NCBI GenBank assembly: GCA_040954595.2 | Contig: CM082592.2 | Coordinates: 8,853,677-8,917,676 of the forward strand | DNA: 64,000 bases | Direction of reading: 5' to 3' | Source of the DNA: Balanoglossus misakiensis | Lineage: Eukaryota; Animalia; Hemichordata | Part shown: piece by piece, positions 12,486 through 27,100 of the stretch | Position numbering within the stretch: the stretch's first letter is position 1 | How the letters are laid out: each line of letters opens with the position of its first letter | Notes under the pieces: model-generated | The model's database searches: none | Told to the model about the DNA's origin: nothing | What the model saw: only the letters and a program-made list of their open reading frames with translations | Translations under genes and position numbers: made by a program

Positions 12486-15400
12486 TCAGCAAATGGACTG
12501 TTGGTTTGTGTCCTCCTTGTCTTCGTACAGACCAAAGATATCCTGACTGTTGCTGTCAGTTGATGGTTCTGTAAAGAGAGAGATGAACACCACAGTGAAT
12601 CCCATTCTGTCAAGAGAGTAAGTTTTTACCACTTTGATGTATATTGTCTATTAGGGATAATATTGTTGCAAACAATTTTTTCCCCCAAACCTTCTTCCTC
12701 TTAAAACATAACTCACGTGTGGATGGCACACTCCGACTGGATCCAGTCGTCTTCTTCCTGGTGACCGCCACCGGTGGAGGTGGCGAGGGCGCCATGGCAA
12801 CACCCATCTCGACCGCTGCCTCCCTGCCATCCGTCGGCCCTGGCATTCCGGGGACACCTACAGCTGCCAGTAAGGAAAGTGCCGGATCACTACTACTAGC
12901 ACCACTGCTCACAAAGACACTGTGACTGGACGAAGAGCTTGGCAGGTCAAACACATGGTGGGTAGACCATGGGGAGCAATCTGAACCAAGCAAAGGGAGA
13001 GAGACAGAAAAAAAAGCACGGGCAGACATGTTGACCAGGACAGCAACAAAGCACATGAAAAGCAATCCTCGGCAAAATTTATGCAGATAGTATAGTCTGA
13101 ACAGCACAGCATTATCAGAGTCTGCTAAACTATATGACGAAAATCATAAAAGGAGACAGAAAATAGCAACCAGCAATGTATACATTGCAACAATGACATA
13201 ATGAGACAAGCTTATGTTTAACATAGTGACATAACAGACAGACAGCTGTAGACATGAAATATTGTGGGTATCCTTCTTCAAACATAAGTTTGGTACCAGA
13301 CAGACATGAAACAAACATTTGAATACAGTATGTAGATGGTTTTATAGCTAACATGTTTTTACACAGAGCAGCACATGCATTTCACACGAACACGTGAATA
13401 CTGGACTGTTCTGGATGCAGCCTATTATCATGTTAGTTTGATGAATGCCACACACTGGGAAACGCAATGAAATGCAACAGAAGAAAGAAAGTGGACAGTA
13501 CAGATGAAAGACACACGTAGACAAACATTGGGTTAATCGTTAGAAGTTTGTAAGGGTTTTTGTGATCGGTTTCTGAACTCTACCTGGGAGCAGTTTGTCA
13601 TCGTCTCTGGTGGGAGCAGAAGATGATGGTGGTGATTGCGGAGATATAGTAGAAGATCCAGAGGATTTTGCGGGAGATCTGTTTGGCTCTGGTGGTGTGT
13701 TGTGCTCGCTAGCCAAGGCACTGTGAAAGAGAAAACAACTTAGGCAAAAAAGGCACCCTCACACACACGCGCGTGAGACAAACACATTTTTACCTCCTTC
13801 GTCATCATAACTGGCCGAGCCAGACTCGGATTCAGAATCAGATTGTTCCTCTGTTGGTGTGGCAGTTCGAGGTGGTAGTAATACTTGCCACTGTGTGTTC
13901 ACTTCTTCTTTCTCAGATTTTCGCATGGTGATGATTCTCTCTCTGCATAAGAAGTTGTTACAGGTGACTCTCTTTCTGGGTTTCAGTAACACCTCCTTCC
14001 CACCACATCAAAAAAGTCAACATTTTTTGTGTGTAATAAAAAGTGCACAGTCATGCGCATGCTCTGAATTTCTATTCGGTGGTTAATGGTGCAATTTTTT
14101 TTGGCATGTATATTACCCCAGAAAACCCAAAAAACACAGCACACCGACCACAAACATTGTCTAACGGGGAGTCCGACCTCGATATTTGGTGACTCACCTC
14201 ATCCTTGCTACCAGTCTTGCAGTGTTCAGCGTCGGTATGACGGACGAGGCGTCTGGGTCAGTCAGCGGGAATTCTTCCAGAAACGGGAACTGCTCCAGCG
14301 AGGTGTCAACTGTGCTGGAACTCAGTGGGTATTCCTCGATGGAGGCATCGGCCGTTGGTGTGGCATTGGCGCTGTGTCTCTTGTGCTCGCTGCTGTCGTT
14401 GGTTTCATTCTCATCGCTGTCACTGCTGCTCTCGCCTGAAAGATAATAATTATAAATGCTGTAGTTTCAAACTCATTAATTGAAGGAATGATTCACTGGT
14501 ACACCCTACTTGCTAGATGAACCCAAGAACTGCCAGGATAAACCAGCTTGGGGAACCCACTACACACGACACAAACCCAACCGTACCCACCCACTGCCAA
14601 AAGAACCCAACTATCCCCATTCACCACCCTGCAACACCCACTCACCACTAATAGGGTGGTCCTCCATGGCATCATCGGCACCGCCATCCAAGACAGGTCC
14701 ACACGTCCTCTGACCGGCTTCCTGCTCCCCTGACATGGCGTTGGCGACCGACAGTCTGAGGGACAGTGGGCTGGAGCTGTCCAGAGAATGACCGGCTCTC
14801 AGTGAATCTACAGCGTGGCTTTTCCCACTTCTTGACCTGTCGTGGACACTCCTTGAACTGCCTGCGGCTTCCATGGTTGTTGGCCGGAAAATTGGGTTAC
14901 TGGACTGAAAGGCAGATGCCCGGCTACCTGAAGAGTGGCAGAAATGTGAGAATTTGACTTTTCTGTCAATTATTATGCTTGTTTGCATTTTTTACATTCA
15001 TGTAAATATCATTTTTGAAAAGACAATTTTATTTATATAAGAATGAATGAATGAGTGAGTGATTGAATGAATGAATGATGATGAATGAATGAGTCATTGA
15101 GTCAGTCAGTGAGCAAGTGAGCACAATGTTCTGTAAGATATGACGTTTCACAAGAAAGTATAAATTGTGAAATGTGGTCATGGTAGATTATTGAAACCAA
15201 TATGTTGGCTGACAACCATGAAAATATGATCCCTGAAAATAAATTTGATGGAAGAACATACTTAAGTTTGGATCCGAGAACGAAATCCCAGGCATAGTGG
15301 GGTGGGCCACTTCACCAGCTAAGGCATTGGCCGTGGCTGTCACTTCAGCCATTTGATCCTGAATATGCTGCAACATACTGTCAGCTGATAGTGTTGGTAA

Positions 15401-18400
15401 CTGACGCTTTTTCTTCTTATCTCTCCTCCCTGGCAAAAGCCAAACATGACAGGAATTCAACTATTATTTGGGAGAGGACTTATAAGTGAAATACATAAAA
15501 AATTGCATACTGAATGCATATGCAACTGAGAGAAATAACCACTCAACAAATGGCAGGAATGAAAGTTTATTACTGCTGTTGATATGAAAAGTTGTGAACA
15601 TGGTAAATTGTTTCTGATACTATTACTAAATGATATCTAAATGACCTGGAATGGCTGGCTATACTTGTGATGTAAGAGTATATTAAGACTAGATGGTAGC
15701 ACATGTCTGAGTACCTGAAAACGCTGTTGGTCTGCAATGGAAACTCCACCTATCCTCGGCTGTTGACCGGTCCTGGATGTCCAAAAGCTGCAACAGCATG
15801 AGTTCATCAGCCTGGGCCTGGCTGCCGTAGCCGACAGCACCTTCCAGGAGCAGGTTTGAGGTATTACCGCCACCGTCGCCCCTTGGGTGGCTTGGTGTAA
15901 GGTCTCCAATGCTTGCATCCACGTCCCAGGGTTGGTGACAACTGTTTTCAACATCGTTGTCTCCAGACCTACAGCAAATCCAAGTATTCAATTAACGGGA
16001 GATCATTTGCACTGAGATTTGAGTATTTTAGTACCAATGTTGATGCCATACTAGACTATAAGAATGGGAGAGAAAATGACTAGAACTGGTTAAACAAAAA
16101 AGCCAGACCACTTACATAGTTTCTTCATCGACATCATTTTCATCATTACTGTCAGAAGATGACTCAGTGCTGTCACTGCTATCCTCATGTCCGTCGTCAT
16201 TGTCATCATCGGTCAGCTGTGTGACAAAGAAACGACAAACACAATGAGAGTTTGCTCGTAGTTGTTTTAATACTTTTTTGGCAAGAACTTGTATTGGCAA
16301 CGGGTAGCTAAAGCATGATTAAACAGCACTGACCCTGTGTTCTTCTATTTGATCTCTATCACCATGTGACGTGTTGATGGAAGCGTCTAGGCTGCCTGGT
16401 GGCTTGGCTCGGATTGGTTTGGGTTTGATGATTGGGTGTTTGGAGTTCTCTCCTCCACTGCATGGGCCTCTCTCAATCAAGGTCATCTGACTCTCTGGTG
16501 AGAGTCCTTTTCCCTTTTGTCTTGATATTTCAATGGCCACACGCTGTCAAGGTAACAGTTAACAGTAAGTCCAACTCGCACTTCTACATATTTCAGTTAG
16601 AGACAAATATCCTCAAGTATCTGATTTGACAAAGTACCACTCTAATCAAGATCATCGTCGTCATCATCATCACCACCACCACCACCATCATCATCACAAT
16701 ATCGAAAACATTACAAGCATGTTACTACTGGGTAGTAAAACATGAATATTGAATCACCCTAAGAACTGTCACAGAAATTATCATCACATCATCTGCAATC
16801 AAATGGCACCATCATCAGTGACATGTCTGAGCTCCTCACCTCTTTCAAGTCATTGATCTGGGACACAAACTGTCTCTGCGCAGACTCCAGCTGGTTGATA
16901 TACCAGAGCTGATCCCGGGCTTTCTGATAGAAAGTTGGCGGCCTCACTTGGAACTGCAAGATCAGCGTGTCATCCCTGAGGTAGCCCTCACTCGACAGGA
17001 GGTCCAGCCGGAAGAACCGATTGTAGCCCCAGCACTCTCCCACTTCGAAATCCGACGCGAACTCCCGGACGATGTTTTTGCTGTTATCAGGAGAGGCCTG
17101 GTGGACCATTTCGACCCGGTATTCATATCTATTCGAACGCAAACAAATAACAGCAAAAAACAAACCTATCAAAAAAGGAAATAAAATTGCCAGTACAAGC
17201 AGAATAAATAAGGGCTTTGGCTAATTACCACAGAAAAGGACTTGCCTATACCATAGTGTGACACCCTGAGGATATTGGCCGCAAAGTATGCAAGCATTAT
17301 CCGACAAACCTCTTACTTCAATCACAGGGAAACACCCTAACACAATGCAGGCATTGAGGGCACATTACCACTCTTCTATGATGTGGTAATCCAGGAAACC
17401 ACAAATAGGATTACATCATTCACAAAATCTTCTTTTGAACTACCATCAAATCACTTTCAGGGATAAAGTGCAACTTAACTCACTTTGAGGTTTCTGGTAA
17501 TCCCGCAGACAGCTCTAAAAAGACAGAGAGATAATTACCCCTGACAACACCATTACCATCCTGAAAAAAAAGAACAAACCAACAAAGTCTTAGACTAAAA
17601 CAGTCTTTTTGAAAGTAACTGGGTCGATTAACTATTGTGTAATATTGCATAATGTACACACTATAAATGGGGCTGATGTTTGTGGATACTGGTACATACC
17701 GGATAAACTTTTAGTCTCCAGCTGAGTCCTGCTACATTCAATGGTGGACTGTAGACTGGATCTGCCTTCGCTTGCATTGAACTGCAAGAGGAACAGAAAA
17801 GAAACTTTAAGTCTCTTCATACTATACCGATTCAACCCTGATTGCATCTATACACATGCACATACACACACAAGCTTATTTCAGATAACCCGGGCAGTTT
17901 AAAGTGACTTATGCTCTCTTTTCATGGGTAGACATTAATAAAAAAAAATTACATATACTTTTAAATCTATAGACTTACGATTATACATACCTGAAATTGG
18001 CCATGACAAACCTGCTGTTGTCATAAGCTGGGACTAACTCACTGAAATAAAAACAACAGAATTTTTACATCAGACTTTGATAACAACTTGGCATATCATT
18101 TTTCCAGGGTGCAAGTTTCATATACAAATGTAATACTGAGTTCCACACTGACAAAATATACACAAAGTATGAAAACCCAAGAAACTTTACTATTTATTCA
18201 GTTACTCATCAGGACAGCTGCATAATGAAAGGATACGCAGTGTGAAATTCTAGACGAGCAGGCACAGTGACCACTCACTGACCTTGTAAAATCAGCTGGG
18301 ACGGGAGCTGTAACAAAAGACGCCATTGGTTTTCTGTGGACTTGGGTAAACATCTGCAGCAGTTCACTGCTCTTGCTGATCAGTTCGCTCTTTGTACACG

Positions 18401-21400
18401 ATCTCAGCTGCAGCTCCACTTCTTGCAGTAATGATTCTAGTAACTCTGTCTCATGTACAAGCTGGTTCTTTTGTCCTGTAGGGGAAAGAAACACCTTTTT
18501 TTAGCTCTTCTAGTTCGATAAATACACTGATTACACGATTGTTCATTTGTTATGGTGCATACTGCAGTCTGGAAAACTCACCCATTAACGTGACAAGTTT
18601 ACTTTTGAGTTGAGTTTCCAGCCTGGCTATCATCATCTCGACAGCATTGCGGATCTCCCTCACTCTTTCATCTTTGGCAGTCCGCACGCTTTCAACGTTG
18701 CGTTCCTACATATCAAAGAACAAAAACAGATCAACCGCTGTGTCTGCTAACATCACAGGTACATTGCTGCCAAAAACACATGAACTGCAGTTATTTTCAT
18801 GTACAAAATTAGATTTTCATAATATTTCTGTTTCATTCACTTGTGTAGCTTTCAGGCAATATGATATTTTGCTCTGAGATATATTTATCGCTATGATGAT
18901 CTTACCACTTCTTGGACCAGACTGATGAGTTCCATTAGCCTTCTTCTGAGAGCAGTCACTTCTTCCGACACCTGTGTTACGTGCTGTTCGTATACCTCCT
19001 CCAATGGTTTAAATGAGTGGCCTGAATGCTGCTGCAAATTTGGTACAATAAAATAAATAAAACAAATATACAATCAGAATGAAGCTGGACCGTGAGATAT
19101 ACCACATTTCACAATTTGAAACCAACTTCATTTGGAGACATCATACAGCTTTCTTGAAGAGTTCTTTGTACTCACCATTCCTCCCCACAATGCGCACTGG
19201 TGACAAATGCATTTCCTGCAGGTCCAGCAATACACACTCAGTTTCTCTTGATGAATTTCACATCTGTAAAAGTCAAGAAACAAGACTTCAGCAGTGCTAC
19301 ACCGCTACAGGTCAGTAGATGTTAACTGGCCTGTGTAACACAACACATGTCTGCTCGCTGTACGAGACGGGTGATTCAGCCATGGATGAAAATTAGAAAC
19401 AAACCACATCCTCAGCAAAGTTCAAAGGTCTCGTGTACCACAGCTGTTGCATTACAAGCAAATGCCGACTCAAATTTTGCAGACTTGATGTGAGTCACTG
19501 GAATACACAATGATTTTGAAAATAACAAATTATAATATATTTTTTTCACCCTTGAGCAACAGTAAAGACTAATGGCAAAGTTGTATACTGCATGGACTGA
19601 CAAGTTCTTTGCAAATTTTCCTGTTGGCTGTAGCATTTACATATGCTGCATACAGCCTGTCAACACTACGTGCATATTCAATGGCAACATCCTGAATATA
19701 CTTAATCATAAAATATTGCCAACCATCCCTAATGATTCTCTTAGCACCTTAGGGACACAGCACAGAGCATGGCCTCAGCGCGTCAGCCTAAGTGACAGAA
19801 ATATCTGCAGCTGGCAAAGACATGGGTGCATTTCATGGTTGTAATCAAATCCTGCGTGATTAATCCTTGGAGGGGAAGTCTGCTGAGAGACAGTCTCGCC
19901 AGATATGTAATAAATACACTGTAATCATGAGACGGGTGAGACGACGGCGATAGGAATTCCACCAAAAGATTACTGGCAACAGTAATATCTATGTTGGGGG
20001 AAACAAGGACGTGTGAATTATGATGGGCCCTGAGCAGACATATAACATGGACATCACAATGGGCCACCTTCAGTACTACATTGATTTTGCAATAACTTTC
20101 AATAACACTTTAGTCTAGACTGGCCTCAACATTCTCTCAAAACTATGGATAATGGAGTTTTATCACATAAAAGTGACACAAACAATATCTTCTGATGCTA
20201 TTTTTTTCCTGTGAAATAACATTGAAGGGAATATTGATTCCAGCATTTAGCCACACAATACTTCCTAACAGATTAGCATTCCTTAGTGAAAACACGGTGG
20301 GTGAAAGTATCTAATTTGATTGATCTGGAAGGACATTGCAGTGACGATGATGACGATCACAAGAAAACCTACTGAAAGACAGAACTTCCCCACACTCAGC
20401 AGGCACTTAAACTCAATACCAACAGTTACCTTGAAGTAACGGTCACCAAAACCAAACAGTTTTGACATGGGAGAATGATATACAGGATTTTCACAGTATT
20501 CAGAATGAAAATGGGACTTTGTAGCACCTCACTGGGAAACCAATTTGTCTGCTTTGTACTCCGCTGTTCATTGTGAAGCTTGGCATAATTAAATTGCTCA
20601 GTGAACCACACAACACAATGTGGGACACACGCTTTGCCATGCTGTGAAACTAGAGAACTACTTTGTATTAACAAGCTTACTTCCAACATATTTGAGAACA
20701 CTTTGCTTGACTTGAAGCTGTTAACCAGCAATATAATGCTCTCCTAAACAGAGGATGGTGAAACATGGTACAAGTAAATACAACTTAGGTAACCTACTTG
20801 TCTTTTTCAATTTCATCTGGTCTGGAGTTAGGTGGACCAACCAGCTGTAGTGTGTCCAACTGATTAGTGACATCTTCAGCCCAGCGACAGTTTACCAACT
20901 CATGTAGTTGAAGTGGTGCTCTGGAGAAAACAAAACAATACGCGTATTAGGCAGACATATTTTACATCAATACGTAGGGGACCTCAGTATGACAAATCAC
21001 AGGACGACCATAATTACCACCACTTGATGCAAGCGGACATCATCTGTATCTGTTTCAACTACATCAGTATATTTTCTGTAGCTGACGATAAGACGAACTA
21101 TTGAGAAGACTCACCTGCAATGTGGACACTGTGATCGTTGCTCTGTAAGCCATCTCTGTACATAAAAATATATTATACAATAGTAAAATTTGAATATTAA
21201 ATAATGAATGAGATAAAATGAACTCCATGTAACAGATATGTAGATGAATGTATGTGGACAATACCCATATTATACTATCAATCAAATAATACTATCACAC
21301 CACTTACTTCACTACCAGTAATAAACAGCTATTAATTTAAATGGGCAGTATTTTATTTTCAGATTAATTTATTCATTGCCCTGTTCATCAAAACAAGATT

Positions 21401-23050
21401 AATTGTAGAGTTATACTATCTACCTTAAATTTCACCGACATTTTATTTCTACAAAAGGATGACACTTCACTTACCCTCACACACATAAAACAGCAGAGTT
21501 TGGAACAGTGCGGGCACAGCCTTGCATCACGAAGCTTTTCCATACAAATGAAACATCTGAACACTTCCGCCAGACTCTGAAAGTGGAAAAAAGGATAATC
21601 GAGCTTAATATCTGATTGCCATCCTTTTAGGAAATTTGGTGTGCTCTCACAAGAAACGTACCTCTAGGTAGAAATACTGGTATATTTATACACTACAGAA
21701 GAGATCAAACTAGGAAACCCTGGTACTTCATTATCAGACAAAGAACATGCCAAATAGCCCTTGCTTCCTTTCATCTTTTAATTAATTTACATTCCAGTTG
21801 GGCAGACAGTCTTAATTCTTGCATCCTGAGCTCTTAGCCGGTGGAATTTCTACAGTTATGTTAGTACCACAATGCGAGTTCAGTTCCAGCTTGACCACAG
21901 TATATCCCTACTCAAGGTTTCAAATAATGTGTTTTGTGGTTGGTAAAGCAACAGCCATGCAATTGGTGTATGCTGTGTCCAGTGGATATAAGTCTTGGCA
22001 CGGTTTCCAGTTCTATTCAATGGGACAATTGTTAAAAGTTTAAATGTCAGCTTGGGTGCCTTCCTCAAACCATTGGTGGCTAAAAGAAAAGCAGCATGTT
22101 TTTGGAAGCATGTTATGACATATCTTTGAGTGCCACAACTTGTAGCAGCATATGGTCGGATGAAAAAGATAAAACATTATTGTATAGAAAAGGCTCTCAT
22201 TCAGGGAGAGAAAATTTCTATAAGTCCTTGACATGACCCAAAACTTGAAAAGAGACTTCAATACCCGGATAATAAACAAGACAATACTCAATAGATTATT
22301 TAATTGACAAGCCATATCAATTAATAATATTGACCACCAAAATATCCTTCAATATGACGTAAGCAAGTAATATTTATGATTACACTTTGTATTTCTGAGA
22401 CGTTTAATTAACACATTAATGATCATTTGCAAAAATTATATTAAACATTTATTGACATGTACTGAGGCAACATCTAAAGTAGTATCCTACCACTCCCTCC
22501 GTTGTGTTTGGGGGTGGAGCCCCCGGGGTGGAGCAACAAATTGAAAAAGGCAAGGTGACGTTATAAGCCAATGTAACTGCACAGGTCATAAATTTACTAG
22601 AGGTCATTCACAGTGCCCGTTGTCAGGTCATTGTCAAATCAAAAGGTGAAAACGGGGTTCATGAGTGCCATATTCAAACAATATCATCACTGTAGAAAAC
22701 AAACAGTTTTGTTTACACATACTGTACTGTAATCAATGTCGAGCAGAAACTGACAAGCAAGATTCGTTTTGTTGTTGTTGTTGTACATAATGGCGTTGAA
22801 ATGAAACTTATAAATCACATGTGTCCTGGTGACACATACGACTCTACAGATAATTCCGTCCGGTTTTCCAATCAACACCGGACAAACCTGACGTGTTTTC
22901 AGTTGAATAATGCAAGTCCGGACAACAGCCTGGCCAGGCAAACTTCTGTCTGACTCGGTCACATACGACGACGCCGGGTAACGCAGCCGGTAGTTTCAAT
23001 GACGAATTATATCCTACACACTGACTTACCTCTACCGTTGATTCCTCCAT
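12486..23050 (-). CDS. TRIM37: E3 ubiquitin ligase TRIM37 (RING, B-box, coiled-coil, MATH, long disordered tail), about 21 coding exons
   Basis: Exon 1 MEESTVE (23050-23030). [52 protein letters not shown]; B-box [38 protein letters not shown]; MATH ...[24 protein letters not shown]. Last exon ends ...DTNQQSIC* at 12486. The C-terminal exon path was inferred from splice phases. Confidence 0.95.
13584..13720 (-). CDS. TRIM37: TRIM37 candidate mutually exclusive exon B (137 nt, phase 2 to phase 1; [45 protein letters not shown])
   Basis: Acceptor ttttctctttcacag and donor CAG|gtagag. The open Ser/Pro-rich frame fits the flanking exons only if exon A is skipped. Confidence 0.65.
13794..13942 (-). 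CDS. TRIM37: TRIM37 candidate mutually exclusive exon A (149 nt, phase 2 to phase 1; [49 protein letters not shown])
   Basis: Acceptor cttcttatgcag and donor GAG|gtaaaa. Same entry and exit phases as exon B. Confidence 0.6.
15040..15095. repeat. Imperfect (TGAA)n tetranucleotide repeat in a TRIM37 intron
   Basis: gaatgaatgaatgagtgagtgattgaatgaatgaatgatgatgaatgaatga. Confidence 0.75.
16650..16697. repeat. (CAT)n/(CAC)n trinucleotide repeat in a TRIM37 intron
   Basis: atcatcgtcgtcatcatcatcaccaccaccaccaccatcatcatcac. Confidence 0.75.
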
Positions 23051-24186
23051 CTCTTGTTAATTAGAAAATCATCCAAAGCGTACGTTCATTTGATTTTGTA
23101 CAATTTTGAGAAGACAGAGTCAACCAGCTGACAAGACAGACAGCATTGAAATTGCCTACAGTTGGCAATATCAGGACATTTGATTGGCCAATTTGATCAC
23201 ATGGTTAAAAACTCTCTTCTATCGACCACTTTGATGTGAGGGCGCTCTATACCATTCAACACTTGGTATTTTTGACGTTTCTAAAGATTACTATTTTGCC
23301 AAATTGAATAAATCTCCAGAGCAGCATGACTGCAAGCATTTGAGTTTTTGGATTGATCAATAAGTGAATCATGGTTAAACAGAAAAGGGTAAAAATACTG
23401 GTTAAACATTAATTAAGGGTCCATATACCAGCGTAGATGGTGATGTATATACCAAGTCTAGACTCTCTCACAGCCCACTGATTTCTCCCTACAATATACT
23501 AGGAGGGGTGGCTTTTCCTTGATTTAACAGTCTGAAATCAATTCAACTCTCTAATGTCCACTTTTCCACACACACAAAAAAATGGAAAATACCATGATTT
23601 GATGTTTATTTGACTATTTATTCCAACGCATAATAATCTGCAGTTCATGATTACCATTACTTAAAAAAAAGAAGCAGAGTTCGTCAAAGATTTTTTCATC
23701 CAAAAATACCTTTCTGTGACCAAGATCAAGTGGATACTTTGAAAAGATCTGCCTACCTTATGTCAACAAATCTCTACCATCTAAACTAACTCTACTGGCA
23801 TCCATAAAATTATGGACTATACTGCTTCTTGAAAGCTCATGTAGATAGCCATAATCTAACCCATCTAACCCAGTTTATAGACTGTGAAGAAAAAAATACA
23901 ATGGCTATATAAATTTGCCGACAAAATCACTAAAAACGAAAGAAAATTTTGAAACAAACATAATTCAGTGAATTGGCTTTCCTTGATTAGCACTGAACCA
24001 ACAGTAATTTCTAGAGGAACAGATTCTTCACTTGAGTAGTGTAAGTCAACATGCGATGATGGACTATTCTAAGAAAAATTATTATACTAATAGTACACAT
24101 AATCTTATATTGAGGAAGGAAAAGTAAAGAATATCATGGCAGTAAGGTCTACAGACAAATATACAGTGATCTGGGTGGATTCAGAA

Positions 24187-27100
24187 TTATCGCCATTTGA
24201 AATTCCTGTACAGTTTAAGGGTCATCTTCTGCAGTTTAGTGTCATGGCCACTAATATCCAGCGCGCTCAGATAGGCCTTCAGGGCAGCTTCAACGTTGCC
24301 ATTCTTCTGATGCGACCTGAAAGTACAGAATTATAAACTAAGTCATCAAAAGTGTCAAGAAATTTTAAAATGCACATTGGTGGTTGCACAATTCTGGCTG
24401 CCTTAAAGTTTTTTTTTACATCGTGCTAGGGACTCAAATCACATTATGAACATTGCATTCTGGGTAAAAGGACGCCAACTCACTGTAGTAACACAAGGAA
24501 AATCTGCCACCATTACCTGCCTTCCTTGACAAGACTTTTGTATTTGTTCTTGGCTTCCTCTGACAACTCATCGGAATCAGTCTCTGCTTCTGCCCCATCA
24601 GTTTCACTCCCCTCCTCTTCTTCCTCTTCATATTCTTCGTCATCTTCACCATCTTCACCTGATACATCGTTGACGACAAATCCATCCAAACTATCATCAC
24701 CCTCTTCTTCTTCTTCTTCATCGTCAGCATAACTACCTTCAACATCGTCACCAGTTTCATCCGAGTTTTCATCTCTGTCACTCAACTCAACATCCTCTAC
24801 TTCCTCTGCTTCCTCCTCCTCTTCAAAACTTTCTTCAATCATCTTTGCTGTTTTCTTCTTCTTGACCACCGTGATCTCCTGCTGCACGTCGTCATCACTG
24901 GACGTCTGGCAGTCAGCTTCATCTTCTGAAAGTCCATCTACGGCCGACTGGAAACTCTCTTCCGAGTCTGACTCTGTCCCTCTCACATCAACAAGACCAT
25001 CCCCACTTCCACTCTCACTGTCCTGTTGATTCTCAATCTCCCCATCACTATCTGATTCCACTATTATTTGGCTGGTTGACGCCTCCATTTCAGAGAGACG
25101 TGACTTATGGGACATGGAACTGACAGGACTGGTATCAGGCGTGTCCTGCACAAAAGCTACACTTTCTCGGTCTTCTTCCTCTCTGTCTTCCCGGCCAACC
25201 CCGGGGGATTCATCCACAAACGTCATGTTGTAAACTTTCTCCCTGCTCCGGCTCAACTGCGCCACCACCGGTTCCAAGTTGGCATCATCATCATCGTCAG
25301 AATCCAGTATGAAAGGCACGTGACTCACGTTCTGTGCGTATTTCTCGCTTGCTTTCTCATCTACATTTCTTTGCTTGTCACCAACATCATCATCATCATC
25401 GTTGTCTATCTGGAACTTAGACATGTATCGGATATGACACGAGCTTCTCCGACGCTTCGCAGAGCTGTTTGCGCGCAGCCCGGGTTTGCAAGAACTCCGA
25501 GGGGTCTGCCGGTTTTCTTCCTCGTCCGACGAGAAATCATTCAAGCACACCGACTTTGACAATATCTCCTCCATCCTCTTCTCTTGTTCATCCTCAGTTT
25601 CTGGTTCATCACTGGCCTGAGGAGAAGGGAAACTTGCCTGAGTTTCCCTGGAGTGCACTTCAATGGAAATGTCCGATCCGGAGCTTACACTCCCACTGTC
25701 TTCTGCGGTGCTCTCATCTTTGCTTTCTTCCCCTGCAATGCTGACATGACAGGTCTTAGAGCCCATCTCCACAGACTGACAGGAAGAGGAATCACTGACC
25801 CTCCTCCCTGTCTCTGTTCCGTTTCCATCGCTCTCTTCACCGACATCCTCCTTGCTGGTATCACCCCGAGGCTGTGATTCCTCACTCTCAGAAACGCCTT
25901 CCCTGCTCTCACTGATGGACTCATCACCCTTGTAATCAGCATCACCGTCGGCCCCGGTCTCGGAATCGTCTTCAGATTCACTGTCGATCACTCTCCTCCC
26001 GTTCCTGTTTCTCATCACCTTGCCGAAGCTATCATCCAACTCCTCTTCATCTTCGTCGACCTCAGCATCCTCCAACTTGTCCGTATCTTGACCTTCATCA
26101 CTGCTAATATCCATCTCCTCTACTTCATCCTGCACAGCGACGCCCTCATCCTCCGAAGCGACCTCCTCATCCTCTTCTTGCATCTTGTCATCAACGTTAG
26201 AGTCAGAAGTACCCGCAATGAATTCATTTCTTTCTTCATCAGAATGCGACTCTGAATCTTCCTCATCAGAAATAACCGCGGCCTTCTCCTTACCCTTGCT
26301 CCTCAGGTTGTTGAAACTTTCATCATGGTTGTCATCAGCAGTATCCTCTTCAGTTTCCTCCTGGTCTCTTCCATCATCGGTTATCTTGTCACTGTCCTCA
26401 AGCCCATCACTTGAACTGAGGGACTGCACTTCGGTGTGTGACTCCAGAGTGCCTACAACATCTGCGGACTTGTTGATTTTCTTGTGAAGTGGCGACGCTT
26501 CATCTGGAAGCACCTGGTGCGAATCCCGGAAACCATCGTCTGCAGACGACACGGCACTGCCTGGACGACTGTGAGAATCCTCAAGATCACCTTCCGGTTC
26601 CCCAGTTGAGGAAATTTCGTCTGTAGAGTGATCTTGTCGGTGCAACCCCAATTCAGCGACACCAGTTGACACATCTCCGCCTGCAGTCTCCGGCATTGGC
26701 TGATCATCTCTCCGGGGTGATATTTCTTGAATTGGTGCCAGGTTGATAGGTTTGGGAATATCGCTGGCCGGAATGTCATCCACCGTGTGGAATTCAAGGT
26801 CATTAGAGCTATCAGAACTCGTACCAGATTTGTTTGGTTCCATTTCTTGCCCCTGTAAACACACAACAAGATATTTCATTCTTTACTCATTGTTGAAGTC
26901 CAATGGCCAATTGGAAAACAATGGATCATGATAAAAAAAACCAATACCTTAGCACTTTCTGGGGAGGATTCTTCTATTGTCATGTTTGCTAAGGATTCAT
27001 TAATGTCCCCATCACTGCCGTCTTGTTGCATGGTGAGATCCACAAATGCCTTGGGACTTTCCTTGTTACCCCTGCTGTCACCTTCATCATCATCGTCCAT

